A stretch of DNA of 64,000 nucleotides. It comes from the human T2T-CHM13v2.0 reference genome, Homo sapiens. The notes under the pieces are model-generated. The model ran no database searches. It saw nothing but the letters and a program-made list of their open reading frames with translations, and was not told the DNA's origin. Where the stretch lies: the NCBI RefSeq assembly GCF_009914755.1, contig NC_060931.1; one strand, written 5' to 3'. Of the stretch, positions 21,986 through 44,685 are shown one piece after another (position 1 is the first letter of the stretch; each line of letters starts with the position of its first letter). The translations under genes were made by a program, and so were the position numbers.

Positions 21986-22200
21986 CTTTTTTTTTTTTTT
22001 GTGACAGTCTTGCTCTGTAGCCCAGGCTGGAGTGCGGTGGTGGGATCTTGGCTCACTGCAACCTCTGCCTCCCAGGTTCAAGCGACTCTTGTACCTTAGC
22101 CTCCTGAGAGCTGGGACAGCTCTAATACAGGTGCCTGCCACCATACCCAGCTAATTTTTTGTATTTTAGTAGAGACAGGGTTTCACCATGTTGCCCAGGG
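21986..22200 (-). mobile_element. Truncated AluS (a FLAM-like monomer lies at about 21590-21741)
   Basis: Right arm plus part of the left arm. Confidence 0.85.
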
Positions 22201-22685
22201 CCCAGTGGCTTTTTAATTGCCAGATTTGGTGGTCTTTTTTTACTGTTTATTCTAACAGGAAGAATATTGATTATTCAAGAATGTTGAACTATTTTGATGC
22301 CATTGATCAATCCCTATTTTTGAAATTTTCTTCTTCCATGATAACTCTTTTAAAACACCTCTTCCCTCTCATCTCTTTCCCTCTTTTCTCCACTAACTTC
22401 TTTGCCTCAATTTAATCCTTCATCCTTTTGTTCTACATTATTATCAGCTGTGGGATATGTGGATAGCCTGTGTTGGCAGAATTAACAAGTGGCAACATAA
22501 CATAATGGTATAGTGTTCTGATTCTGGAAGTTGAAATCCTGACTCCACCAGTTGCTAGCTATATGACCTTGGACTGATCCTCTCTGTGCCTTGGTTTTGT
22601 CATCCTTAAAATGGAGATTATAATAATACTTTTTAGGATTATTTGCACAATAGGTTAATATTAAATGCTTAAAAGTGTACCCAGT

Positions 22686-22990
22686 GGCCAGGCGCGGTGG
22701 CTCACGCCTATAATCCCAGCACTTTGGGAGGCCGAGACTGGTGGATCACGAGGTCAGGAGTTCGCGACCAGCCTGACCAACATGGTGAAACCCCATCTCT
22801 ACCAAAAATACAAAAATTAGCCAGATGTGGTGGCACGTGCCTGTAATTCCAGCTACTCAGGAGGCTGAGGCAGGAGAATTGCCTGAACCCAGGAGGTGGA
22901 GGTTGCCATGAGCCGAGATTGCGCCATTGCATTCCAGCCTGGGCGACAGAGTAAGACTCTATCTCAAAAAAAAAAAAAAAAAAAAAAAAA
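22686..22990 (+). mobile_element. AluS inserted at the end of a MIR (about 22505-22685)
   Basis: Full Alu with poly-A; MIR core upstream. Confidence 0.9.
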
Positions 22991-23088
22991 ACCAGTGTAC
23001 CTAGCACATAGTAACCAATCATTAAGCTTTTGCAAAATAACCAGTATACCTAGCACATAGTAACCAATCATTAAGCTTTTGCAAAATA
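22991..23088. repeat. 49-bp tandem duplication (2 copies, 1 mismatch)
   Basis: accagtRtacctagcacatagtaaccaatcattaagcttttgcaaaata x2. Confidence 0.95.
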
Positions 23089-23109
23089 CACTCCACTTTT
23101 CTCACCTGT

Positions 23110-23460
23110 TGTCTTAGTCTGTTCAGGCTATTACAGAAATACCATAAACAGGGTTGCTTATTAATAACAGACATTTGTATCTTCAAATTCTAGAGACTGG
23201 GAAGTCCAAGATGAAGGCACCAGCAGATATGCTGTCTAGTGAAGGGTCACTCTGGCTCATAGATGGTGCCTTCTCACTGCACTTCACATGGTGGAAGGGG
23301 CAAACAAGCTCTCTCGGGCCTCTTTAGTAAAAGCTGGTAATCCCATTCACAAGGCATAATCTAATCATCTCCTAAAGGCCCTACCACTTAATACTGTTGC
23401 ATTGGAATTTATGTTTTAACTTATGAATTTGGGAAGGACACAAATATTCAGACCATAGCA
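23110..23460 (-). mobile_element. MaLR solo LTR (MLT1A-like)
   Basis: tgtcttagtc...ctgggaagtccaagat...ttcagaccatagca; TG...CA ends; flanks cctgt/ccagt. Confidence 0.8.
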
Positions 23461-23579
23461 CCAGTCTGCCTCAGAATAGGGGATGACATGGCTTTCTGGA
23501 TACTTCGTATTAAGCAAGATAATTTTAAGGTGATCCTACATTGCTCTGGAATTATTCATGCACACATTCAAAGAGTTAG

Positions 23580-23918
<339 letters not shown>

Positions 23919-24354
23919 TGAGGGTGTACTGTATGCTGGGAATGCAACAAAAAACAAACTGGCAAAAATCCCTGCCCTTGTGGAGCTTATATGTTAGTCA
24001 AGGTGATGGACGATACATATTAACATATATGGTCTGTCATGTGGTGGTAATTAGTGTTATTGAGAGTGTGGTTCGAATGAGGGATAGGGAGAAAGCAGAG
24101 AATAGAAGGGTAAGTTTACAGTTTTGGCTGGGGTAGTGGGAAAGGTTAGTGGTGTAGTGTTAAACTGGTCCTCTGAAAGTTCTGATTTGTATTGTTTGCT
24201 GATTTCTGTGATAAATGGATTATTTACCATAATCATCACAGCAAAACTCTGAGGTAAGTACTGTTATGTGCCATTTTGCAAACAGGAAACTGAGACAGAG
24301 AGGTTAAAAAGCTTGTCACACAGTTAAATATTGTGGGGTAAGAATTTAAACACA

Positions 24355-24588
24355 GGCGGTTTTAAAGCCTTCACTAGGGTGATTTTGCCTCTCAAGGGAC
24401 ACTTAGCAATGTCTGGAGAGATTTGGTTGTCACAACTGGGGTACGGGAGTGGACAGGCTGCTAATGGCATCTAACAAGTAGAGGCTAGGAATACTGCTAC
24501 ACATCCTGCAGTGCATAGGATGCAGCCCCCTTCCCCAAACAAAGACTTCTCGCCAAAATATATGAGTGTCAGCGTTGAGAGACCTTGT
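24355..24588. mobile_element. MER20 hAT element, within MIR-like sequence
   Basis: gggtgattttgcc...gcaatgtctggaga...ggttgtcacaactggg...catcctgcagtgcatagga. Confidence 0.8.
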
Positions 24589-24709
24589 CCAAGAGCTTGA
24601 GTTCTTAATTACTGTGCAGTAATCAGATTGACAGTGCCTTTTTTCCTTTAAGTTATTTAAAGTTTGATAAGTAGGTCTCCAGTAAATTTCTAGTTATTTT
24701 GACTTGGGA

Positions 24710-26626
<1,917 letters not shown>

Positions 26627-28719
26627 CTACTTCTAGTTCCCGGCGCTTTGCCGGGTGTTAATGGTGGCCCAAAATCATGGGTGCTGTGGCTTTCTCCCTA
26701 AGGTGTCACAGGAGCTAAGGGTGCCACTTAACAAACTGCAGAAGATGCAGGCAGGTGAAGGACACCCAGTCTGCTGTGGCAGTGGAATGTGGCAGAAAAG
26801 CCAGCTGGGAGGGCGGGGAGCAATCCTGGAAGGCCTGGCTGACCCCACAATTGAACAGGGTTTGGTGTGTCATTGCTTTTAGGCCTTTTCAGTGGACAGA
26901 ACTGGGGTGGATATACACTCATTTATTTGAAATCATGCATTTGTTCCATACTCCAATTCCAGCCCACCCCTTCTTTGCTCTATGGTCAAGTGAGTGAGAA
27001 CAGGCGGCTACATTTTCAGCCTTGTTGCTCACCGCTTCCTTCCAGTAGTCCCATGTTGCTTCATATCTCTTCAGTACATGTATTATTTAGACCCAGAGCC
27101 TTGGCTTTTAAATCAGGCAGCCCCAGTTTCAAATGTGTCACTGCCATCTCAGTTTTGTGATTTGGGCATACCTCTGTCTGTGCATAGCGATATTAACTTC
27201 TATCTCCATGGGTGTGTGGTGAGGATAAAATTATGTGCTTAGAGGAAACGTTCATTCCATGGTAGCTATTTTTTATTAATTCTATACTTTTGAACCTATT
27301 ATGCTACCTATAATGCCCTATTTTTTTTTTCTTTTTAATCATTGGCAAACTTCTCATTCCCTGAGACCCAGCTTGTCACACCTCTGAAGACTGCTGATAT
27401 CCTCAAGATGTTCCTTACTCCCTTTCCTTGCTACTACTTTACTATGGATATATGAACAACATTATTGTGCTTATTACATGCAATAAATATTTATTGGATG
27501 AATGATACTAAAATTCACATTTAAAATGCCAAAATCAAAATACACATGATATGCTGTATAAGTAGCATAATGTTGATTTTTAAATCTAATGTGCTGTGGG
27601 TACATAGTAGAAAGCAGTGACTACCAAATTTGCCTGTGTTTTAGAATTTAAATGGGGAGTTTTAAAAAGGGTATTTCTGTGCCCCATTTTTAATTTACTG
27701 AATTGAACTTACTACAAGATGTAGTACTCCAGAAATCTTGGATTTTAATTTGCTTTCCCCAGCTGTTGAATGATTGGGGATAGATGAAATAAGATTGGCA
27801 AAATGTTGATAATGAAGCTGGGTAATGGATATACAAAGATTCATTATACTGTTCTATTTTGGTGTATGCTTAAAATTTTCCATCTTAGAAAATTTTTTAA
27901 AAAAAGAAATTACCAGCCTGCATGTAGCCAGCCTGGCACCAGTCCTAACTATCATTTGGGAGCCACTATTCTCATTTGGATTTACAGTCACCAGAAACTT
28001 TACTGAGGACCCAGTGGTAAACCAGCTATTGTATTCTGCCTTTGAGATACTTTGAATAGAGGCTAATATGTCATATGAATAAGGGTAATTAACTGAGACC
28101 CCTTATTACTGGCAAACATGGTAAGAGGAAGCTTCCTGTAGTTATTCAGCCATCATTATCCTAACCACTGAATATTCTATTCTCATTTTCCAGAGTCATA
28201 GCTTTTTTTTGTATGTGTATTTCCTATCCCAAATGGCATATAAAAAGGGGGATGGGACATGTAGGGTGGCGTGAAATAAATGACAGAGCATTGACAAACA
28301 TATTTTAAACATTCTGTTTCTTAGAATACAGTGAGGAGATGAATAATTTTCACCAGAAGCAAGTATATCTTCCTTATATGTGTCTTCTACAAATTTCTAA
28401 AGAAGACTTTTTTAAAAGTAAATTTATCAATTAAATTAGCAGAACTGGGCCTTTAGTGCTATGTATAAAATTTGAGCCAATGAAAAATAAATTAGTTACT
28501 ATTAGTTGTTCTTTAATACTTTGCTAAGAAGTTTATTCATGTCTGTTAACATTTCCGTATTTCCTTTTGTATTTTTACTGCCTTTGATACTCATTCATGG
28601 ATTAGAAGGGATTATAATTTGATAATAATAATGGCATTTTACATGTTATATGTTATGGTCCCTTCTAATCCAGAAACAATGAATACTAGGCAATTCTACT
28701 TTAGGATTTCATAATCTGA

Positions 28720-30480
<1,761 letters not shown>

Positions 30481-30911
30481 TTTAAAAATTATATACATAT
30501 TCCTTTAAAAGAAATCAATAAAAACTTAAAAGAAAAATATACTTCATAAAATTTTTTAAAGATTTTTTTACTCTATTACCTAATAATAACTATTATTAGC
30601 CAAGAGCAGTGTTGAACACTTTTTATATATAATCTCAATTCATTAATTTGTTATAATTTGCTTTTTATAGTTTCTTGTGAAATATGAAAGTTACATTTTT
30701 TAAATAAGAATTTTAGCATATGGGCTTGTGTATCACTGGTTAGTATTCATCAGCCACTTGGTATGTTTGTTAAAAGCTGCAGAGGCTGAAACCCTAGACT
30801 CTGCTCTAGTAAATCAGAGATAATGTCCTGGAATTTGAATTTTAAAAGAGTTCCAGAGATGATTCTTATTGCAACTTTAATACACTGCTTTACGTCACTG
30901 GTGGTGGTGTT

Positions 30912-30943
<32 letters not shown>

Positions 30944-31300
30944 TGCTGTTGTTGTTTTGTTTTAAGACAGAATCTTCACTCTGTCGCCCAGGCTAGAGTG
31001 CAGTGGCGCAATCTTGGCTCACTGCAACCTCTGCCTCCCAGCCAGTTTCAAGTGGTTCTCCTGCCACAGCCTCCCGAGTAGCTGGGATTACAGGTGCCTG
31101 CCAGGTGGTGGTTGTCTGAAAATTTATTTCATTTCCTTTCAGTTTAATGTTAGAAATTACCCTGCTGGTACCTAGAGTCCATTTTCATCCATTGTTTTTT
31201 AAAATAAATGTTCTTAAGCTGTCTATTTAACCTTACTTACGCTTCATTAGAAAATACCTGTGTGTCAACCATACATATTTTATGAATTTTTTTCTCGTAG

Positions 31301-31377
31301 TTGATCACAGCCGAGTTAAATTGACATTAAAGACTCCTTCACAAGATTCAGACTATATCAATGCAAATTTTATAAAG
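31301..31377 (+). CDS. PTPN12: PTPN12 exon 3 (77 nt): (F)DHSRVKLTLKTPSQDSDYINANFIK
   Basis: ttctcgtag|TT acceptor, AAG|gtatgt donor; PTP motifs DxxRVxL and DYINAN. Confidence 0.97.
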
Positions 31378-31953
31378 GTATGTACTAACTTTAAATGGTG
31401 TTTCTCTGCCATATTAATGTCTTTCTACATACTAGTTTTGTAAAAACTTTTTGAATTGCTCAAACATGATACCAACAGCAAAAGAAATAAAAATAAAGCC
31501 ACTGCCCTGGCACAATGTTTTTATATGCTTTCCTTCTAGCCTTCTTATTCATATAGATAAATAGTTTCTACTTAGTTTTGTGATAGCAGAGATAACATTT
31601 TCTTTTTTATTTCTTCTTTCCCATGGAAGTCTTACCTATTACTAAATTATTTTCTCAGTTATCCCTTTGGACACAAATGAACATCATCAATCCCCGTTGT
31701 TGACCCATATAGGTTGTTTCCAAATTTTTAAAATGATAATATTGCAGTAAACATCTTTGTTGTTTTGAATAATTTCTTAGGATAAATTACTAGGGGTGGG
31801 ATTACTGGATAATACTGATTTAAAATTCTAGAACATAGCTTTAAATGTAAAACTTTTGGCAGTTGTCACTGTTTCAGGTGGCAACCCAAAATCCAAGATT
31901 AAATAGTCTCTTTTATAACCTTTGTTTGGATACCCTTTGATGAAAAGCAGTCA

Positions 31954-31957
<4 letters not shown>

Positions 31958-31999
<42 letters not shown>

Positions 32000-32179
32000 A
32001 GACGGAGTCTCGCTCTGTCTCCCAGTCTGGAGTGCAGTGGCGCTATCTCGGCTCACTGCAAGCTCTGCTTCCCGGGTTCACGCCATTCTCCTGCCTTGGT
32101 CTCGATCTCCTGACCTGTGATCCACCCGCCTCTGCCTCCCAAAGTGCTAGGATTATAGGCGTGAGCCACTGCGCCCAGC
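31958..32179 (-). mobile_element. AluY with central deletion and intact TSD
   Basis: ctcctgcct joins tggtctcgatctc; TSD gtcaagttcttt; poly-T of about 40 nt. Confidence 0.9.
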
Positions 32180-32387
32180 GTCAAGTTCTTTATGGTATCA
32201 GTAGAGATAGATGCAAAGTGCTACTTGATTCAGTTTAAATAAAAGGCTTTTTTTCCATCAGCTAATCTGTGTTTTTTAATCTTTCAAGTGATATGATAGT
32301 ATAATTTTCATTTATTTTATATATGGTGTTTATACATATTTTCATGTTTTTGTTGATAAAAATGTTAACTGATAAAAGTTTATGCCA

Positions 32388-32701
<314 letters not shown>

Positions 32702-33441
32702 TTATTATCTATGTCAATATTCAGCAGTCATGGTTTTAAATAAAAATTTCTTTTTTTAACAAAGTTAAAAACCAAAATGAATACATTAAATAAAAACTAA
32801 TAAATTGATAGTTTGCTATTTCAGATGTTGTCAATGTTCATATTCTTTTTTTAAGGCTGTTTGTTAAAAGTTATAGTTTTTACTTATGCTTAATGACACT
32901 GATTCATTGTATGAGTCAGTTATGTACCAGTTTAGTATTTTAGTCAGTGACATTGTTTGGTTTATATTCTCATGTTCATTATTAAAAACCTGTATAGTAG
33001 ATGCTTGATAAACTTTTGAGTTGAATAGATAATGGAAGGTAGCTATGGAAGAAACTAAGAAAGAGCTCTTCACTAGTTTTAGTATTGTTTTAGAATCAGA
33101 GCATGCTCTGTATTTCTGCCAGTTAGCTTTGTTGAGTAGGTATTAGGGCTTTTGTTATTAATGCCTAGATAAGTAATAATTTTTAATTAGCATAAGGCGG
33201 TTCTTAAATACCTATTCTGTGCACCATATCCAGTAAACACAAAGTAATAGCAGTCATCAAAAGCTTAAGTGAATTGAATATATTTTGCCATGCTTTAATA
33301 TACTATGAAAGACACATTATTTGGAAATGGTTTAAGTTAAAACAACAATATTACTAATACAATTTGAAACCTTATATTTTGGGTAATGAAATATTTTTGG
33401 TAATCAAAATAAATGTGAAATTTGCTTTTAACCATTTTTAG

Positions 33442-33537
33442 GGCGTCTATGGGCCAAAAGCATATGTAGCAACTCAAGGACCTTTAGCAAATACAGTAAT
33501 AGATTTTTGGAGGATGATATGGGAGTATAATGTTGTG
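33442..33537 (+). CDS. PTPN12: PTPN12 exon 4 (96 nt): [32 protein letters not shown]
   Basis: catttttag|GGC acceptor, GTG|gtaagt donor; ATQGP and DFWRMIWE motifs. Confidence 0.97.
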
Positions 33538-34482
33538 GTAAGTAATTTACTTTTCACAATAAATTTTGAGAAATACTTATGTAATAACATAGGCTATTTT
33601 ACTGAATAAGGAATGAGGGGATTTTTAAAAAATCCATAATTATGTTTACTTATTGCTGATGTTTACTAAAAAGATGGACCCATTTTTAGGATGTCTCATT
33701 AAATTTTTACAAACTAGGCTAAATATTTTAAGAAGGTGTGATAATAATTTAAATCTTGTCCTAAGTCAGTAAGTAATGATACAGCTATCAAACAACTTAT
33801 AAAAAGCAGAAAAGGATTAGTGCTCTAATAGGTCAGTAAAATACTTGATAGTACAGTTATACTCATTTGAGTCCCTCTTCTCAGGAAAATATATATAAAC
33901 ACATAACTATAAATAGACTATAAATATGCAGTGTAAGAGAATTTCATCTATCCCTGGAGTTCATTCAGTGCCCTCTTGTTCTTTTGGATGAAGGGAAATA
34001 ATATGCCCTTAGATTTAGAAGCAGAGAAATTAGAATACTGCGAAGAGCTACCCTATACTGCTCTGTAGTATTCTTGAAACCTAACCATGTGCATTGATAC
34101 TTTTCATTGTGTGGATGTGGAAAATCAGTAATGTGAAACTTTCATTTTTGTCTTACGGCTTTTTAATGGAATTGTAATGATTCTAAAGCATTGACATCCT
34201 CTGGTCTTTGAAAGATTAATAAAAGGGGGGAAATTTTCCAGTTATTTATATTTGCTGTACTTCACTTTAAAAACTAGATGTGCTTGGGGATTGAGAAAGA
34301 GCATGAAGAAACTTTCTGGATGATGGGAACATCCTGTATCTTGATAAGATTTGTGTTGCACAGATGTGTGTATTTGTCCAAACTCGGAGAATGTTCACTT
34401 TAGGATTTGTGCATTTCATTATATGTAAAATTTGCCTCAAGGGAAAAATACTGGAAACAATATAAAAATTATGTTCTAGATT

Positions 34483-34781
<299 letters not shown>

Positions 34782-35429
34782 TTATTGTGTTCTAGATAAT
34801 AATATGCATGCTGAAGTATTTTGGGGAGAGTGTACTGATGTTCACAACTTACTTTGAAATGCATTTTTAAAATAAGATGGATTGATAGAGGGATAGCTAT
34901 GTGATAAAACATGGTGAAATGTTAATGATAGAATATAGGTGATGGCTATACAATGTTTACTGTAAAATTCTCAACTATGCTGTGTGTTGGAAAGTTTACA
35001 TTATAAAATGGGAAAAAGCAGGTGTGATCAACTTTTAAAATGGTGTTAAACGCATTCAATATTTAAATAATTATAAATATATTTTTAATTAATAGTGCTA
35101 TTTATAATTAGGTAAATATCCTAAAAGTGATATTTTAATATAATTTCAGAAGTCACAAAGTAAATCTGTAAGATTTACATGATTTAATTCAAACCAAAAA
35201 CATCATGTTAATTGGAACCAATTTAATTTGTTGCTGTATAGTTAGCCCTTGTTTGGAAAGTCTAATTTTGATAATTTCTTTAACTTACACATTTAATATT
35301 GAAACTACTTTTTTAGGCAAGCCAATTATACTTCTCGGTGCAAAATTCTTGAAATCTGTATTTTATTAAAAAGTAAAATTGTGTTTAACTGATACGTTCT
35401 TTATCTCACTCCCCACCATCACTTTTTAG

Positions 35430-35468
35430 ATCATTGTAATGGCCTGCCGAGAATTTGAGATGGGAAGG
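35430..35468 (+). CDS. PTPN12: PTPN12 exon 5 (39 nt): IIVMACREFEMGR
   Basis: actttttag|ATC acceptor, AGG|gtatgt donor; IVM motif. Confidence 0.96.
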
Positions 35469-35674
35469 GTATGTATAATCTATTCCTCTTACTATTTCAT
35501 TTTTACGGATAAATATTCTTAGTCTTTTATTATTATAGTCTTAACATAAGCGGTTAATGTAGATACTTCTTTTATTTTGGGGTACTGCTGTTGCTTTTAT
35601 TTCATACAAGGGACAAAATAATCTCTCAAGCATGTTGTTTTCTTTTATATTTTGTAAGTATGTTTTATCACACA

Positions 35675-38574
<2,900 letters not shown>

Positions 38575-38680
38575 TACTTAACAATAATTAATTAGGTATT
38601 GTTACTTAGTAAACTTCAAATATTCAGTGGTGTTGTAACTAGAATGCTATCTATGGACTGAAATAGAGAGGTATTTTTAA

Positions 38681-39073
<393 letters not shown>

Positions 39074-40310
39074 TGAATATCTTGATTAGTCTGTTTGTTA
39101 ATACCACAGTATGTTTTGTTTGTTTCCTATCTTCAAAACTGAGAGAAGATAATTTCTTACCCTGATTTTCTAACATTGGTATTTTTATGCTATGTCGAAG
39201 TAAAATTTATTTCAAAGCTATTCTGGTATCCTACAGCATCATATTCTGTCCTCACTGTAGGAGGTAATGATATATTTACAGATAATTCATATTTAAATAA
39301 AACTTATAAAGTGTGGTCTTCTATAAATATGGCATACAAATCAAACTTACAAATTACATAGTGATTTTATTTGAAGTTTTTTAATACTAATGTAGTTAAT
39401 ATATTTAAAATTATCTTTAGTTTGTAAATATGTTAATTTTTTCAGTAAGCAATATATTGCAAAAGATACATCTTTCAGTTATATTACATAAATAATTGGG
39501 AAGCCTTAATTTATTCCATTACTCCCAACTATTTCCTATGTCAGTATTAAGTAATGTTGGACAGAAAGTGAATAAAATGAGAAAATATAAAAACTGAGAA
39601 ATTATTAAGTAATCAAGTTATCTATTTAAGGGTTGTCAATATATACATTAATATTATTAATCAATTGTCTAAGAGAATTTAAATGTCATTCTCCTAATGT
39701 TTTAAGTTACTGTTAAGGTTTAGGATGTATTTCTCTTTTCATTATATTAGTAAGCTCATAGTATGTATCAAGTTATTGATGAAAAATCAAGTAGCATTGA
39801 GTACATAATGTTTTGAAGCGAAAGGTTTTTGTGATTCACTGTGTCTTATTAGTAATAGATTATGAGCAAGTTAGGAACTATGAAATTATCTGATAACCTT
39901 GACTTTGATCTTGACTTTGAATGTGACCTGGTGGAAAAAGCATAGATAATTAAATCAGACAAACCTACCTTTTACAAGCATTTTGACCATGGTGCAGTAC
40001 AGTTCACTCTGAGCTTCAGTTTCCTCACATTTGAAAGGAAATAATACCCACCTTGCAGTGTTAGAGATTATGTATGTATGATATTTAACACATAGTTTTT
40101 GATATCATTATTAGTTTTATACCAGGAATATAAGTACCAATATAATCTTATTACTGCTCATCTGAATGAGGGGCATTGTTAGTCACACCGCTTTCTATTC
40201 TTAACTAAATTAATCTCTTACAACTTGTTTTCTATCTGTTTCAAAGTATTAAAGTTTTGTCAGGTAAAAGATTAAAAAAATGTTTTTTAAACTCTCAAAA
40301 ATAATTTAAG

Positions 40311-40932
<622 letters not shown>

Positions 40933-42073
40933 AGAGAGAATTTAATTTAATCATTTTCTGTAAACATCTCTTGGAAAATGAGATTTGGAAGTTACCTGTG
41001 TTTTTAAGCCTCTAAAATGTTAGCTAACCCAACATACCAGACAGTTCTACTTTGTTTCTCTGTGAGCATTACTGTCAACTTATAGTTCATTCAGCCTATA
41101 GGTAATAACTCCATTTACTGTATTTGGAACTGTGAAGATTTAATTAGGAATTCATTAACCAATGCATTTCCCACTGCTTAAAAGGTTTATTTAAGCTAGA
41201 TGGTCACTTAGAGACTTTGATTTTATTGGGCCTTGATACAAATTGCATCATTTCTTAATACCTGAATCATTCTATTTTCCATAAAGTTAGGCTTTTCATT
41301 CACTTAACTGATTTTCTAAAATGATGAGGTGCTTGATATTAGAAACTGATGAAAATTTATCATTCTTTTTCTATACCTGTTTAAAATAGGAAGGTAAGAG
41401 GAGAAATTATTTGACTACACTTTCTGTAATCTCTAATAAAATTGAATAGTTAATACATCATGTTTGTGTAGGGGTTTTACCATCTGTGGTACATTTGAAA
41501 TACACTGTTATTTAACAAACATGCAACAACTCTGTAAGATAAGGATTATTATTCCTATTTTTACAGATAAAGAAACTAAAGGTCAATAAAGGAGTAGAAT
41601 TAGTACTTGCAAAATTCTTCTGATTCCAAGTAGAATATTCTTTCCACTTCATCACATATTTTACATTTAATGAGAATTCAGCCAGATATTTGTAGAGATT
41701 GTCATGTTACAAGCAATACAACTTACCTAGCAACCTTTATACCAAATACCTCCTTGTACCAGACACTTTTTTAAAATTAGTTTTTCTTGTCTAGAGGAGG
41801 ATCTTTGGTCTACTCTGTAGACCTGGCAGATAGCAATGAACAGTTATGCACTTAAGTCAGTAAGGTTCTTATGACTATTCTTGGAGAAGACACAGTAGCC
41901 TATTTTTTAAAACAACTGGGTAAATCTAAGCTCTCTCAGCTCCATGCCTGCTAATGTGGGTTTTTCTGTTTTGGGGAAGTAGAAGTAAGCAGAACCTCAG
42001 GACACAAAATATTTATAACAGTTTAAGAAAAACTTACATGAATTACTTACTAATTTTTTTTTTTGGATGACAG

Positions 42074-42145
42074 AAAAAATGTGAGCGCTATTGGCCTTTG
42101 TATGGAGAAGACCCCATAACGTTTGCACCATTTAAAATTTCTTGT
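42074..42145 (+). CDS. PTPN12: PTPN12 exon 6 (72 nt): KKCERYWPLYGEDPITFAPFKISC
   Basis: Branch-like tactaat, T11 tract, gacag|AAA acceptor, TGT|gtaagt donor; KCxxYWP motif. Confidence 0.97.
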
Positions 42146-42876
42146 GTAAGTATCCATTTTTGTAAACACTTTTTTCAGAAAATTGGCATGCTATACTGAT
42201 GAATAATTAAATTATAATGTGGTATGAACCCAGGCTTATAGACGCCAAGGACTCACAAACCTATGCTTACATTTAAAAAAATTTTGTTTATATACTGCTT
42301 TTAAATTTGGAAGCTTTTGGGTTGACTTCATAAATGCATATTTTCCTTGTATCTTACTATATTGATTGTGTGTTAGTCTTTGTATATCAATTGATAGTAG
42401 GTGTTTACATGTAAATGAAGTAACTGTGCTTTTAATATTTGGAAATCGTGTATTCATTTCAAATTGATTAAATGGGAAAGACTTGGTAACTGGAGTACAG
42501 TGTATCATATTAACCCTTCATATCTAATTGTGCTCTCAAAAATTGTTATAATTATATATAAAGATAAGTTTAAGACCTACCATACTGGAAGTAAAGATTG
42601 GTCCTGTCTGGCAGATTATTTGATATGAAACTTAAAATGTTTTCTTAATATGTAATGACCTCTGGAAATGAATTAAATTCAAGCTCAAAAGCTAACACAG
42701 CAAAAATCTGAGAAAATGAATAAAAAAATGAAAACAGTGAAGGAAATAGGAGTAGGAAAAAGAAAGGCATGGACAAAAAGAAGGAAAATATAAGTGAATT
42801 TTAAAATAGAACCAAGTTTTCTTTAGGTGCCATAAAAAGACTGTAATTGAACATAACCTAAAAATCAATTAATTTA

Positions 42877-43716
<840 letters not shown>

Positions 43717-44066
43717 TTCCTTATTCAGAGTTTCTTGTTTTTGACTTTGTTTTCCATGATTAAACGAAATATAATTTCTGTGGTTTTACTTGTCATTGCT
43801 GAGTTCTTGAACTCCATAATTTTATGACTTAGTTATACTCATGACTTCTGAATTCCTCTCATACATACCCAAAGTTTAGTGCTTTCTAGGTTGACATAAA
43901 AAAGGACAGGACTGAATCTGTATTATGCTGTCTACTTTATAAATCAATGTTGTTTTTATAATGTTAACTATAACTCACCATTGAACTTTTTGGATGTAGT
44001 ATTTAGTCAATATTCTTAAGGTGCTGATTAGAATTAACTATTTGTGGGGTAAATGTAAAAATTTTA

Positions 44067-44685
<619 letters not shown>

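Noticed and set aside
22991-23088. Repeat pairs as a CRISPR-like array
   Set aside because: Only two adjacent copies, no spacers, eukaryotic intron.
41321-41349. Box C (atgatga) and box D (ctga) pair suggesting a snoRNA
   Set aside because: Only about 30 nt apart, no convincing terminal stem, and expected by chance in AT-rich DNA.
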